This document shows, piece after piece, positions 13,191 through 27,258 of a stretch of DNA of 64,000 nt. Source of the DNA: the human T2T-CHM13v2.0 reference genome, Homo sapiens. Each line of letters starts with the position of its first letter. The first letter of the stretch is position 1. Made by a program: the position numbers and the translations under genes. Location of the stretch: assembly GCF_009914755.1 (NCBI RefSeq), contig NC_060934.1. The stretch is one strand, 5' to 3'. The notes beneath the pieces were generated by a model. The model worked only from the letters and a program-made list of their open reading frames with translations. It ran no database searches and had not been told where the DNA came from.

Positions 13191-13349
13191 CAGAGTGACT
13201 ACTATTTAAAAGGCAGCTATTGTTAGAGCTGGCAAGCTGCAAGGGCAAAACAAAACAAAACAAAAAACAAAACAGGGTTGGGGGGAGCATAGAATATTTT
13301 TTTTTTTTGACAGCAGCGTAGTAAAGTTTGGATTTAGAGCTTTTTGTTA

Positions 13350-13552
13350 CTGCCCATCTCCCATACTCCTGTTTTATTTCTCTTTGTAGCATTTATAACC
13401 TCCTGGTATGATAACGCATTTTACACGTTTATTGGCTTCTCTGCCCACTTGATTTTTATCTCCTTTTGGAGAGCAGGGAATTTTTTGTTCCCTGGAGCCT
13501 AGCAGGGTACCTAGCAGTGTTCTGGGGGCTTTGTAAATACTTGCTGAATCAG
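13350..13552 (+). mobile_element. L2 3' end
   Basis: 'gagcctagcagggtacctagc...taaatacttgctgaat'. Confidence 0.6.
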
Positions 13553-14348
13553 TGGAAAAAAAAGAAACAGGGCACATTATCTAAAGTTATTGTGAGACAA
13601 ACATAAAACCAAAAGGCGAATGATGCAAGGAGAAGTTATCTCTGAACCTGCTCTTTGTGTTTTGGAGCAGTAATACATTAGGAATAGCTAAGAAGGGGTC
13701 ACGCCAGCATTCCATTTTCCAAATAAGAAAGTGAAACAAGTGAGCTCTCACTTCTAGGATGCCTTCCACTTCATTAGAGGGATTGGTTCTCTGAGGTCAG
13801 CCCATCAAAAATGTATGAAGAAAATGGAAGCCATTTATTACTGTTCATCTGTTACCCTCAGACATATTCTCATTTCCAGCAGCAGGGAGTTAGGGTGGCA
13901 TGCCTCGTGAGCAAAACATGGGGCTTGGGGACATTCAGAACACCTACAAGATGGTGGTGTACACAGTGCTTGGAGGCATATCTGGGGAGTGTTTCAGCTG
14001 AAAATTGGCCACATCCTCCTATTTATTACACGTTTCAAAAATGGCCCCACAGGTTGCACATTTATAAGTGGTGGATTTGTTTTGAGGGAAGTGAGCGGGA
14101 GTACACTTTATTTTGGAGTGAAGAGGATCGGAGTAGCCACCTCCTCTAAGAAACTACTCCAGTCTCAATCTCCATTCCTTTGGAACTTTTCGTTAGGAAA
14201 AGGCCACATCTTGGCAGGGAAAGTTTATAACACCTGTGTCAGTACTGCTGGAAAGCTCTAAATAAAAAAGTTAAAAATTTAGTGTATTCCTCAATCACCC
14301 AGTAATTATCGCATCCTGGTACACAAAACTGGAGGTATCCTTGGAGGT

Positions 14349-14450
14349 CATTTATTCAACAAGTACACTGTATTTGTTGAGCATTTTTCATGTGCCAGGC
14401 ATTGTTCTAGATGCTGTAGATACAGCAGTGAACAAAACACAAAAGTCCCC
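14349..14450 (-). mobile_element. L2 3' end
   Basis: 'catttattcaacaa...tgtgccaggcattgttctagatgctg'. Confidence 0.75.
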
Positions 14451-15354
14451 TCTTTCATATTATTCCACTCCCAGGGCCCTTTCATCCTTTCACTACATCT
14501 TTCTTCTTATTTTTACATTTGCCACAACCACCTTCTTTGCTAGTTGGTTCCCTTTATTCACCAATTTTTTAAAAACTCATTTCTTCAGTCCCTCAACTCA
14601 TCTGAGATATGAACATGTCAAAAATATATGATGAAATACAATTTAAAAGTCAGATCCTTTTAAAAAAAACTTTTAACCAGAATGAATCCATTTCTAAAAG
14701 TTTATTTTTTATGCCTGTAATATTTAAAAAGCCTAAAAATGATCTTGCTGGTTTTCTTCAGTTGAGTGTTGTGTAAGTGAAAATTACTTCACAAATCCTA
14801 CTATTAGCTATTATAATCAAATCAGCTTTCACTCTTCCATGAGACTGTTTCCTTCACAAGACTTTGGTTGACCATAACCAATTTTATAGTAATATACAAC
14901 AAAAAATAATGTGGAGAATAGCAAAATTAAACATATTTTTTTAAAAAATAGAGGTGTTCTTTCCCAGGATTTTTTTTAAGAGTAAATAATGTTAGCTTAT
15001 GGGATTGTAGTGCACAGCACAGCCCCATAAGGAATATTCAAGCCTAATTTATCTCAGTTGTATTATCTCTGACTCTCTTTCACCGGTTTTCTCTAAACTT
15101 ATTTCCTGTTACTCAGCCTAAAATGCTCACTGCCTCAAATGTTCCCTGAAGACTATGGCTTAATTATAATTCTTCCCCTTCCACATTTCACATTTAAATG
15201 TATCTTATTTCAGACTTGTTTAAACATTCTTCTGAACTATCCTTACTTCCCTGCCTATCCTCTTCATCCTAAACCGAGGAAGCATGCTGAGCTCCTCCCT
15301 TCTGTCCCCCAAGTTGCTCAAGCCTAGGAGTCAAAGCCAGATTACCTAAAATGC

Positions 15355-15750
15355 TAGTGATACTCAATGCTGGTAGACATACTAGAATCACTTAGGAGAC
15401 TTTAAAAATACTGGTTTCCTGGCCTACCCCTGACCAAATAAATTAGAATCTACGGCATTGGAGTCCCAGCACTGATAATTTTATAAGGCTTCCCAGGAGA
15501 TTCTAATGAACAGCCAGTTTGATAAACTGCAACAGGCAGCCCAAGTATCTGTCCTCGGCAGTAATTGTCAAACTTAAGTGTTTCAGAATCACCTGAAAGG
15601 CTTGTTAAAACACAGATTGCTAGACCCTACCCGCTGAGTTAATGATTCAGTAGATTTGGGGTAGAGCCCCCATATTAGCATTTCAAACAAGTTCACAGGT
15701 GATGCTGATGCTGCTGGTTCAGGGATCATTTTTTGAGATTCTCTGTTCCA
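15355..15750. mobile_element. Two adjacent MER5 (hAT-Charlie) elements
   Basis: 'tagaatcacttaggagactttaaaaatact...cccaggagattctaatg' and 'cagaatcacctgaaaggcttgttaaaacacagattgc...acaggtgatgctgatgctgctgg'. Confidence 0.8.
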
Positions 15751-16106
15751 AGACACCAACAGAAACAAAGACATGCAAGAAAAAAATGAGAGAAAAAAAT
15801 TAGAAAGATTTTGATATTTCAAACAAAGCTTTGAAGTAATTATCAAGGTGCGAATTAGAAACGAGCTTCTTTACCTTTATGGTTTAGTGTGATTTTTACG
15901 TTTAAAATTGTATTTGGGAAAAGAGGACTACCATAATTCCTTTATTGTTAGGGGTAGTTTCTAGAAGTCTTAGGCCCTGTGCATTTTTTTTTCATATAAA
16001 CCTCACCTTTCACCCTTCCATGAGAATGTTTCATCCAGATTTTGCCTGACCATAACGAGTCTTACAGTAGCCCACAACAAAACGTTTGTGGAGAACAGCA
16101 ACATAA

Positions 16107-16165
16107 AACACACACACACACACACACACATAGAGAGAGCAAGAGAGAGAGTGGAAGAGAGAGAT
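16107..16165. repeat. (CA)n followed by (GA)n-rich compound microsatellite
   Basis: Direct observation. Confidence 0.9.
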
Positions 16166-16814
16166 CTCACTTCCAGCAAAAGCCCATAAGGCAGAAATAG
16201 TGTTTATCTTGTTTTCTTGGTGATAGGCAAACCTTACCTTGCATGTTCAAGCCTGTGACAGAGAACTTGACACACGGAGGGCACGCAAATATCATTGCAG
16301 AAAACTTGTCCGAGTTGTGGAAATAAAGAGTACTTTGCTTTTGACTGACTTTCTCATCTGTTTTTGCAGTTTATGCTCTCTCCACCAGCTCATGAGATTA
16401 CATGAAGAAAGTCAGGTGTAGGAAGCTTTCAAACTTGCCCAGAACCTTACAGCTCATTAGGTATAAAATGAGGGTTCTTGGCTCCCACACTCTATTTTTC
16501 TCTAGAACATGCTGTAATTCAAATGCCAGAACACTGGATCTGAAGGGAAGAGAGAAAAGATTTGATACTCTTTAACCCTGTAAAGTGAAATGGAAGAAAA
16601 ACACACTGCAGTTTTCAAGTTCATGAAACAGAGTTACAAGAATTCAGATGCAATTTATGACACCCGAGGGAGGAAGAATATGAAAAGGAAAGAGAGAGAA
16701 GTAGAAAAAATTTCAGGGAAAACACCTGTATAGTTAGCTAATAGTCTTAGGGCCCGAAAGAGATTCTGTTGGACCTTAAGGAAGACAGGGCAGAAGACTC
16801 ATCATTTTAGTTTT

Positions 16815-17240
16815 GGTTGTTACAAGCCACCCAAAAATTTAGTGGCTTAAACCAAGAGCATTTTATTCACTCACAATTCTTTGGGTTAGGAATACAGGCG
16901 GGGGTCAGGGAGGATGGCTCTTTTCTGCTCCACGTGGTCTTGATTAGGGGTATCTTAAGGGGCTGGAGGATCCAAGTTGGCCTAATCCACAAGTCTGGAA
17001 CTTGGTCCTCCTCCATGTACCTCCCTCTCACTCCACATGGTCTTCAGTAATTCAGTAGTCTACCTCAGGCATTTTTACATGGCAGTGGTTTACCAAGGGG
17101 TAGAAGTAATCACACAGCATTACTTTCATTGTATTCTGTTGGTCAAAGCAAGTCAGAGGGCCATTCTGGATTCAAGGAGCTGGAAAACAGATTCTACTCT
17201 TGATGGGAGGATGGTACAGGCACATTACAAAAAGAATGTG
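16815..17240 (-). mobile_element. MLT1 (MaLR) LTR
   Basis: 'ccacccaaaaatttagtggcttaaac...ttctgttggtcaaagcaagtca'. Confidence 0.75.
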
Positions 17241-17244
17241 GTTA

Positions 17245-17520
17245 GGCTGAGTGAAAGAAGCCAGACACAAAAGAGCATATATATTATGCTAGTTATATGA
17301 AATTCTAGATAAGGCAAACTAATCTATAGTGACAGAAAGCAGATCACTGGTGGCCTGAGGCTAGAGGATGGGGATTGCCAGCAAAAGGGCATGAGGGAGC
17401 TTTTTGGCATGATGGAAGTGTTTTGTACCTTGATTGTGGCAGTATACATACAAGTGTATACATTTGTCAAAATGTATGCATTTTATTGTAGCTTTTAGGT
17501 AAAGTGTACCTTTAAAAAAA
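17245..17520 (+). mobile_element. L1M 3' end
   Basis: 'gctgagtgaaagaagccagacacaaaagag...aggcaaactaatctatagtgacagaaagcagatca'. Confidence 0.8.
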
Positions 17521-17589
17521 GGTACAAAATAGGAGGTAGGAAGGATTCTCATGACCACCATCAGAAATGATCTATCACATATAAAAAGT

Positions 17590-17750
17590 TAGATCTGAAG
17601 GGACCTTAAATGATCCTGTGATCCAATGTCTTCATTATATAGATAAGGAAAGTGAGGATCAGAAAGCAGACCTTGCCAAAGGATACTAGTTGGTGATAAA
17701 AGCAGGACTGGAATCCAGACTCCTGACCACAGTCTTCCTGTCACTCCTTC
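17590..17750. mobile_element. MIR
   Basis: 'cattatatagataaggaaagtgagg...ccttgccaaagg'. Confidence 0.6.
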
Positions 17751-19383
17751 CACATCCTCAACAGGATCAGGGAAAAGGATGCCCTGGTCTGTGTCCCACT
17801 GAAACACATAGAATTTCCAGGGGTCAGTACAAACAGTCAAGAACAGAGATTTCTGTGCTCTGTTCCTAGTTCTGAGAGACTATGGACACGTTCCTGTAAC
17901 TATTCCATGAGTCAGTGTCTATAATAAAGGTGAATGGAACAATGTTTAGAAATAGAAAACCATGGGAAAACAAGAGCACCTATGCCACACATCTTGGCTG
18001 GCAGTGCCATCTTCGGTGTCCTAGGAGTGTGTTGATGGGAAAAGACAAGGAGGGTTATGGAATGATTGAAATGTTATTATTTACTTAGGTTTTACTAAAT
18101 TAATAAACCCACCTTTCAGGCATGTAAGGTGAGAATTATTGCTAGCTTTTGTAATGTGCTCTATAGAGTAAGATGGAGTTGAAATAATAAATAGTATAGC
18201 AACCCATAGTAAAATGCAAATGTTAGTATTTAGGGAATTTGAAAAAGTGAATACAGTTTACTCTCTTTTTAGTGTACTTTCTTCACTCAGAAAAAATGAC
18301 TTTGAGCCTTGTCCAAAGTCTCAGACATTTATCAGATGTATTTAATTCCTCTGGATGCCGAAGATGCTTTTTAAAAAATGTCTACAACAGATGTTAAAAT
18401 GCTGTCAGCTGAATGATTCGCTGCTGGGACATCAGAGAGTAATACCCTGCTGATCTGTGGCAATTACCTAGGTAGGGAACAATGGACTTGAACTTTGGAT
18501 GGAATCTGAACTTTTTTCTAACACAAAGTCATATTTGAAAAGTGAATGATTCAGCAGGGAAAGTTTTTTTCAAGAGAACATTGATGCATTTCTGAAGATT
18601 GGGTTTTTCTTCATTTTGGTTTTGGTTGTTGTTACTTCCTCATTTTTCTAATACCTGTATCTTAAAACGATTATATAATAAGCATTTTATTAAATGAGGG
18701 CTGGGACGCTGATTTGCATCTAAGAGTTGTGGCTTTTGTCTCATAGTTGCAGGCTGGGAGGAGTCTGCTCCTTCACAAACATGAAATACAGTTGCAGAAT
18801 AATAACTCTACTGCCAAGTGGAAAGTGGTGAAATTATGGAAATAATTCAGGCCGAAAATATCTACTCTTGTTTGGATAACCCCAGCTGGTTAGTGCTTTG
18901 GTACCGAATGGATTCCCCTTGCTTTAAGTTGGGTTAAAAAGGGAAAAACAACCTGGAATGTAAAGAAGTCAGCTTAGGGCTCCCTTAGAGTTTAACCTCA
19001 GCAATCCTATAAAATTTAGCTTAGTCTGGGCCCAAATATTTCAGTTAAAGACCTTTAAAAAAGCGATATTTCCACTCTCGGGGCTGCCATTTTTTGAAAT
19101 ATCTGGACTACGCAACATGTGGTATTATTCATTACCCATGCAGACTTTTTACCTGGGTAAATGCACATTTTGCCAGTTTTTGTTTTTCAGTCAACATTGG
19201 CAATCATGTACAGGTGACCAGTACTACCTTAGGAACTCAGGAGCCCAGCATGAAATGAGACTCATGACAGAGATGAACCAAAATTTCTAGGTCTCCTACA
19301 TCCCTGCCTGGCTGGCTGCCACTTCCCCACCATCACTGCTATTCCTGTGGGACTAACGGTTTTAGTCACCTCCTATTTACCAC

Positions 19384-19850
19384 ATTGGTGAGGAAGGGAT
19401 TCTCACCCTAAGGTTATGCCATTGGCCAGACACACAGCACCTGACACTGGACACTTGAGATTGACAGCAGCTTATTAGTCACATGTACTCATAGCCAGGG
19501 GGAGAAGGATACGGCACACAAGAGTGAATGAAGATTGTCCTCAGGAACTGAATGAATAAGCAGGGGCTTGGGAGGCAGGCTTTGTGGTAACAAGAGGGTG
19601 GGGTGCCCCCTGCTTCCTATAGGATGATGTGATTGGCTTGTTTCAATTCCATGGGCTGGCAGGGAACTGAAACCCAATACTCAGGGATAAGCGGGAACAC
19701 CACCTGGTCCACTTGATGAGGAGGGTAGCTTGGCTAGGGGACCTTATCTGCTGGAACGGAGAGGGAAGAAGGCTTTCATTTGAGGCAGGCCCTCTTGATT
19801 TTCCCCAGATGACAAGTAATACTGCTCCTTACTTTTAGGCCTGACACCAC
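19384..19850 (-). mobile_element. ERV LTR, MER21/MER68/MER77-like
   Basis: Recalled similarity of 'gacactggacacttgagattgacagcagcttattagtcac' to antisense LTRs of this class. Confidence 0.5.
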
Positions 19851-19959
19851 AATAGCAAAGTTAGGACATTATTTCTTGACTACCATCTACTATGCCCTCT
19901 TATAACTGGGAGGGAAAAAAAGAGGTGGAGTGTGGCAAAGGATGCAGGCCAAATGCTTC

Positions 19960-21265
19960 TAGTAAATACTTTCAATTTGTCAAAAAGCAAATGTATACAG
20001 AATATCTTTATATGCCATCACTAGAGTAGGCACAGGGACTTAGAGAGGAGTGGACCACAATCTTATTTGGAAGGAGTCACATGGAGGAGATGGGAGGACA
20101 CAAGTAGATGATTATAATACAGAGTGATGCATGTGGGAACTGAGAGATTTGCACATGTGCTGTGAGAGCACGGTGATGGGAGCGTTTATCCAGCAAGGTG
20201 AAAAGTCACAGGGATAGTGGACAGTGGCCCCTGAGCTGGCCTTGAAGGATGAGTTGTAGTTTGCCAACTGGAGAAGGAGAGAAATGGGAGCATCATCTCA
20301 CGGAGCAGCCAGTAGTTGGGAGCATTGTTCCAGAAGGGCTGTTCCAGGACCTTTCTACTTCTCTCACTGCCCCCGCCCCCACCACCCTGCGTTTCCCTTT
20401 GGTCCTTCTTTTTCCCCCAGGCATCTTCTCATATTTGCAGAATCAGATTCTTTCCTTATATTGTTCAGGGTCATTGCTGTTGGGGATGGAGGTGATGGGA
20501 GCAGGAGCAGGGAAAATGAGAGGAGTATGCCAAGGGGGCTGAGGAAATAACAAGAATGAACTTTGCTCACCTGACCATCTTACCAAAGGCTGCTTTTGAG
20601 TGCATGTGTAAAACATGCCAGTCACTGGATATGCCAAAGACCCCAGTCCTGGAACAGGCCAGCTGGGCTCTGTCTGAAGCTCTGTTATGGAGTGCTCAGA
20701 TTCCCTGACCACTCATCTGCTGTCATTCTCTGCTGCTCTTGGAATCCGCTCCATACACTGCTTCTCCTCCCCTTGGACGAGATGATCAACTCTTTCTAAA
20801 AGCCTTAAACTTCTCTAGAGACTGAGGAGGCAGGAACTAAAGAATTTAAGATCTTTTTATCCAGTTCAGGGGCACTGTCATCAATGTTTCTACTTAGATC
20901 GTTGAGCTGTGTTTATTTTCTTACAAGATGTTCTGCCTTCACAGTGCTGATCCCTTGGACTGGAAATTGCCTGCACTTCCTCTCTTCCTATGTTCTCATC
21001 TGGAAAACTCCTACCCATTATTTTTCAAAGCCTAATTCAAAATCACTTCATCAGTGAAGGCTCCCTTAACTCCAGGCAAGCTAGTTTCTGCCTCTCAGGG
21101 CTATTTTAGCAGCTATTTTAAACTTCAACTCCAAACACAATGATTATAATTCTGTTTGCATGCATTTCCTTCACTCATAGCTAAGCTTCTGAGGCATTTT
21201 TGTTTTCATAGCAACCCACAGTAACAGACACATAGTAGGTATTCAGTAAAAGTTGAATGAATGAA
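19960..21265. mobile_element. L2 fragments (antisense ~19960-20290; sense ~20940-21265)
   Basis: 'tgagctggccttgaaggatgag' and tail 'catagtaggtattcagtaaaagttgaatgaatgaa'. Confidence 0.6.
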
Positions 21266-21324
21266 AGGAGATAAAAGCCAAAGAAAAAACCCTTAAAAAT
21301 CTTACATATGTATAAAGCTTCCAA

Positions 21325-21920
21325 CTATCAATTTGCAGAAAATAGAGTGCAGAGAAAGATGTAAAACATCACCCCAAAATGCAATCAGCAAAACCCGAAG
21401 AGGGGAAACTCTTTAGGACAAACAACCCAGTTTTCTGAAAAATAAATTACAAAGAGGGAAAAAAAGAGAGAGATGGAAGATGGCCTATAATTAAAAAGAG
21501 ACTTAGAAGACATAACAATCAGTTGCAAAGCATGTACTATATTTGGATCTGGTTTTTAAGAAAGTAAATTATGACATTATGAGACAATGAGAAATTTAAA
21601 CATTGACTGGATATTTGATAACATGAAAGACTTAGTTATTTTAAGCATGATGATGATGATGTTATACTTATTTTGACAAGAGAGTAGCCATTATATTTTA
21701 GTGTTAAGTAATGAAACATTTACAGGTGAAATGATATAATATCTGGATTTTGCTTCAAAATAATGAGGGAGGGAGGAAATGGACAAGAGTGTGAATGAGG
21801 CAAGGTTGGCCTTGGGATTGGTAGTTGTTGCAGCTGAGTGATCGGCATACAAAGAGTCACTATATAAATATTGTTATGTATGCTTGAAATTTTTATTGTG
21901 TTGTTTAAAAACAAAAATAA
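21325..21920 (+). mobile_element. L1MC/L1MD 3' UTR
   Basis: 'gcaatcagcaaaacccgaag...tttacaggtgaaatgatataatatctggattttgcttcaaaataat'. Confidence 0.75.
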
Positions 21921-22789
21921 TCATTTTCTGATAGTATTTTAATAACAGTTAAAATGATTACTCCTCACCTCAATGTGAAAAAGTTTTTAAGTTTAATGTA
22001 TGGTTATATGCAATTTTTAAAATGTATTTATATATATGCTAAAATATTCCCCAAAGGGACATCATTTAGAAAAAAACAAGTAAATCCATTTAGGAACATG
22101 TGTTTTTCAAAGTGATGTCTACATAATAACCTATCAATTAGCAAGCTACTTTATTTTAATATTATTACTCATTGCAGGCAGTTCTTAGGTGCAAAGCAAA
22201 TTTGGAGAAACGGTTTCTAAGCACCATCACCAACAATGTCAGCAATAAGTAGATTTTGAAGTTTGTTCACTTCCACAAAGTCCAAAGTTCTGTAAGTTAA
22301 ACAGTGGGTTTCCAAGGGTGCTTATCAGTGTGGTTTAACAAGGTATGGTGATACTGACATGGGCAGTGCTTTTGGAAAAAAAAAAAAAAAAAGCTTCGCT
22401 GAATCATTTTACACAACATGGGTTACTTAGAAAGAATATTAAATGTTTTATCATTTGTATCTTCAATTTAACATTGCCTTTGTTTTTTATGATAAATATT
22501 TTCCAAAACCTAAAGATTGTGTGTCAAAACTTGTGTTTCTTTTTTGGACTCGCCCAGTGGAGTCTGAGGATGCGGGCTCAGTACCCTGCCTCCCCTGACC
22601 CACCCCCAAGAGTATGGATGTTCTGAATCCATTGATCCTTGTAACTGATGGTGGTCATTAAATGAGTGTTTAGTTGAAATAGCAGTATCATATGTAAAAG
22701 TTTTAAGTTTTTAGATTAATTAAAAATATTTCCTAGTTCTAAATATATCTGAGTTTTTCAGGCGTATGTCTATGTGTGTGTTGCTGTAT

Positions 22790-23050
22790 AACTGGGAAGC
22801 AGGTGTAGAAGGTTAAGACCCAAGCTTTATTGAATGGCTACTCTGTCAGCTAATGTGCTAAGTGCTTTTCAGGTGTTGCTTCATTTAACCCACCTGATAC
22901 ACAGTCACGAAGAATTTTACTATTTCCATTTTGCACGAAATAGTGAAGAAGGGCTCAGAGAAAATAAGACACTTGCCCAAGGTCACACAGCTTGTAAGCA
23001 GGGGGAGCAGGGAGTTGGATGCCTATTACCCTGGTTTATACTCTTTCCCT
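22790..23050. mobile_element. MIR
   Basis: 'gacacttgcccaaggtcacacagct'. Confidence 0.7.
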
Positions 23051-23103
23051 CCTTGTACTCTGATTAATCGTTTTCTCTTCAAGACTGTGAACACCCCACT
23101 CCC

Positions 23104-23390
<287 letters not shown>

Positions 23391-23553
23391 GTGAGCCCCT
23401 TAAGAGCAGCCTTCTATTAATCTTTGGGGACTTCACAACTCCTTAACTAAAGTGGATATTTAATAAATGTTTGTTAGAAAATCTCAGCAAATCATCCAAG
23501 TGTCAGCTCAGGACAGGAGTTGAAAGCTCTTTGCCAACATATTTTAAACTCAC

Positions 23554-23629
23554 CTTTGGGACTGACCATCTATGATTATTGAGTAATCATTTAAGAAAAA
23601 TGTTTGAGAACACATTTGCAGGCTTCAAA
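23554..23629 (-). ncRNA. Candidate non-coding internal exon (76 nt)
   Basis: Acceptor CCTTTTCTCCCGTTTCTTTGTGTAG| and donor AAG|GTGAGT; stops in all three frames. Confidence 0.35.
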
Positions 23630-25039
23630 CTACACAAAGAAACGGGAGAAAAGGAATGATGCCAAAGACTGGGGTCAAGGTTGAAAAAAATGAGATTTAA
23701 ATTTGGAAAATGATAAATTAACCAGAAAAGTTTATGCATTTTGGGTTTTACTCTGTGGTCTTGCTGCAGAACAAGTGGAGAAACTAACAACCCGTGGAAG
23801 AAAATTCCTAGAATCCTGGGATCAAGTCAAAACACCTGATGGTTTTAGAGGACAGAATTTTTGGAGAGAAAAACACAACCAGATGACTCTCTGCACCCCT
23901 TTCCCAGGCCATGGGCACCTGCCTGATTCCTATGGTCATGAAGGAACATTTTTCTGATGTGGCCATATTCATGGTGTCAGTGCAATCTCATCAGAGATGA
24001 GGCTCCCCACTCAAGCTGCCATGTGACTTGACAGGTGAGACGTTAAATAATAGCTAATAATATTATCTACCATTTGTTGCATGCCCAATATATGCCAGGG
24101 GACTAATAAGTATTTTACATAAGTTATCTAATCCTCCCAGAACCAAATGAAGAAACTGAGGCTTAGAGAAGATGGGATTTTTCAGCTAAAAGATCTTTCT
24201 CTTGAACTCTAAAGCCCAGGCATGTTCTGGCAGGGATAATGGTAGCTGAGGGTGACTAGTAGTGTTAGGAAGGTGAATTTGTGTTTAACAAGCCCCCTTG
24301 ACGAAAGTTTGTAAGCATTTAGAGTGTTTCTGAGGAGCCATGCTCTAGAAATATCTAGAGACAACTAAGAAGGTGACAGGCCAAGGAGTTGGAGGATTGC
24401 TGGCCCAAGACCCCCAAGGACCTCTTTAGCAGAAACTCAGCATTTAGAAGCCAGGGTAAAAAGCCAAAGGTAAACTAACTTTAAGATGTCTGAATTTTCA
24501 ATAAAGGAAACACTTCCAGGGAGGTGTTGAGTAGATGAGATCATTGGGAATTTGCCCCATTGTTTCTGGTACCTGCTTCTGTGTCTCTGGACTTTGTAGC
24601 ACCTCCTGGCCTCGGTTCCTCCCTGTTCTAGTTTGACATGCCCAGCCTGGCTGCCAGAGTCACCCCTCCAAAGCATTGAGGTTACTGTAAGCTCTTTGAG
24701 GGCAAAGGCTTGGTTCCTGACAAGATTCCAATATGAGAGCTGCTCAGTAAATATATATGAACTGTTCCAGGGATCACCAAGTTCCTATTGTCAAGAGAGC
24801 ACCCTGGGCAAGAAACAGGGCCATGTTCCTTCCTGGTATTTTTTTTCCCACTGCCTAAGGAGCTCAGCCATGGAACTTGGAAAAGCTGTGGAGACAGTAG
24901 CTCTGCAGTCATGCCCGTCAGGTCCTTTTCTCACTTCTACTGCAGACTGAAAGACCTGTCCTGTCCTGAGGACAGGCTTAGCATTTTCCAGTATCATGAT
25001 TTGTAATGTCTATTTTTTATTTTCTTAAAATGTTCGGTG

Positions 25040-25720
25040 AAAGAGTGTCTACAATGAAAAAGGTATATAATATCAAAGGTTGGTGAGGATGTGGAGCAAC
25101 TGGAATGACTACACTCAGCTGATAGGAGGGAAAAGTAGTAAAACCACTTTGGAAAACTGGGAGAATCTGCTAAAACTAAACATGTATATACCCCAAGGCC
25201 CAGCAATTCCAGGTGTATAGCCAACGGACCGATGTACACATGTACTAGAATGTTCATAGCAACACTATTCCTATTAACCACAAACTGGAAACAATAAGTT
25301 CATCTATAGCAGAATGAATAAACTGTGGCATATTTATATGTGGGATACTACACAGTAATGACATGAAAAAACTACAGCTACATGCAATAATATACATGGA
25401 TCTTACAAGGCTGAGCAAAGAATCCAGACACAAGAGAGTCCATAGTGTATGATTCTACTTACATAAAATCAAGATGTTTGTATTAAGATATAAAAAACAA
25501 TTTTTAAAGGTAAATTAATCTATGGTGTTAGAAATCAGGATCAAAATTATGTGGGAGCAGTGACTAGGCATTACGGGATTCTGGGGTGCTGGTAATGCTC
25601 TGCTTTTTGATAAAGTTATTCGTTACATGGATTTGTCACTTTGTGAAAATTCATCAAGCTGTGTATTTATGATTGGTTCACTTTTCTATATGTATGTTAT
25701 ACTTCAATACAATTTACAAA
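25040..25720 (+). mobile_element. L1ME-type 3' region
   Basis: 'ggttggtgaggatgtggagcaactggaa...aaccactttggaaaact'. Confidence 0.8.
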
Positions 25721-25783
25721 AGATACACAGTGAGGTCTTTGGAACCTGTTTGTTAAAAGAAGTCTTTAAAATCATGAGTTGCA

Positions 25784-26100
25784 GGCCAGACACAGTGGTT
25801 CATGCCTGTAATCCCAGTACTTTCGGAGGCCAAGGCAGGCAGATCACTTGAGCCCAGGAGTTCAAGACCAGCCTGGGCAACATGGTGAATCCCCATCTCT
25901 ACAAAAAAAAACACAAAAAATTGGCCAGGCATGGTAGCACACACCTGTAGTCCCAGCTACTTGGAAGGCTGAGGTGGGAGAATCATCTGAGCCCAGGAGG
26001 TTGAGGCTGCAGTGAGCCATGTTTGCACGACTGTACTCCAGCCTGGGCAACAGAGTAAGACCCTGTGTCAAAAAGTAAAAAATAAATAAATAAATAAATA
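25784..26100 (+). mobile_element. AluJ
   Basis: Full Alu, (TAAA)n tail, TSD-like atcatgagttg/atcacgagttg. Confidence 0.92.
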
Positions 26101-26455
26101 TCACGAGTTGACTTCTACATCATTTCTTTACTAGTAGAAATAAATTCTGAAATCTTGTAGCATACAAACATTTGCCTTATGTGTTATTAAATATAACTAG
26201 TCTCAACATTTTTCTGTAAAATGATAGTTGTCTATTTAGAAGGAAGCCCATCTGCTAGCATCTTTATAATAAGTATTTAGTGAGAAGCATGTGAGGTTGT
26301 TTCATACAATTAGCCTGAAACTAATTGTATAGTGTGTCTGCTTCCTTAGAACAAAATTGGTTGCTACTTCGTTAAGCAATAGTAAGTAGGTCAATTTCTG
26401 AAGGCCAGTAACGATCATTTCTAATTCATCAGATTGCTAATAAAATAAAATTGGG

Positions 26456-26813
26456 TGTCTCAGTTGGGCTGCAGTAACAGAATGCCATAGACTGGGTGGC
26501 TTACAAACAGCAGAAATTGACTTCTCACAGTTCTGGAGGCTGGACGTCCACGATCAGGGTGCCCGCATGGTTGGGTTCTGGTGAAAGCCTCTCCCAGGTT
26601 GCAGGTGGCCATTTTCTTACCGTATTTTTACATAGTAGAGAGTAGAGAGCGCTCTCCTGTCCCTTTTATGAGGGCGCTAATCCCATTCATAAGGGCTTCA
26701 CCCTCATGACCTAATTTCTCCTAAGAGTCCCACCACCTAATATCATCACCTTGGGGCTTAGGATTTCAACATATGAATGTGGGGTTGGGAACACAGGCAT
26801 TTAGTTCATAACA
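26456..26813 (-). mobile_element. MLT1A-type MaLR solo LTR
   Basis: TG...CA ends; 'catagactgggtggcttacaaacagcagaaatt...ggatttcaacatatgaat'. Confidence 0.85.
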
Positions 26814-27118
26814 ATAGGGAATCGAAAAATTTCTGGCATCACAGTGAAGTTATACTACAAAGGTTCTTAAAACCACAAGTAAACTGATATCAAAAGTGTT
26901 CCCCACCACAGTGGGCCTAGGAATCTACATTCATCCCAATGTAAGGTGTGTCACAGAGGCTCAAAGGGGGCCGTGCTATAATGCAAAGGGGGGATCAACA
27001 ATGCTTTAAATTCAGACTCTGTTGGTAGTGGTTGCATGTTTATAATCAATATGGGTATAAGTATTAAGTGAACAGTGGCCAAATGCTATGGTAATTTAAA
27101 AGACACAGATATCCTGTT

Positions 27119-27258
27119 GGGCCTAGTGGCTCGTGCTTATAATCCCAGCACTTTGGGAGGCCAAGGTGGGAGGCTCGCTTCAGCCTATGGGTTTGAGACC
27201 AGCCTGGGCAATACGGCAAGACCCCGTCTTTACAAAAAATAAAAACAAAAATAATAAA
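27119..27258 (+). mobile_element. FLAM (free left Alu monomer)
   Basis: Single monomer with A-tail; TSD acacagatatc on both sides. Confidence 0.85.

Noticed and set aside
14357-14381. Hairpin tcaacaagtaca-c-tgtatttgttga
   Set aside because: Explained by the quasi-palindromic L2 3' tail.
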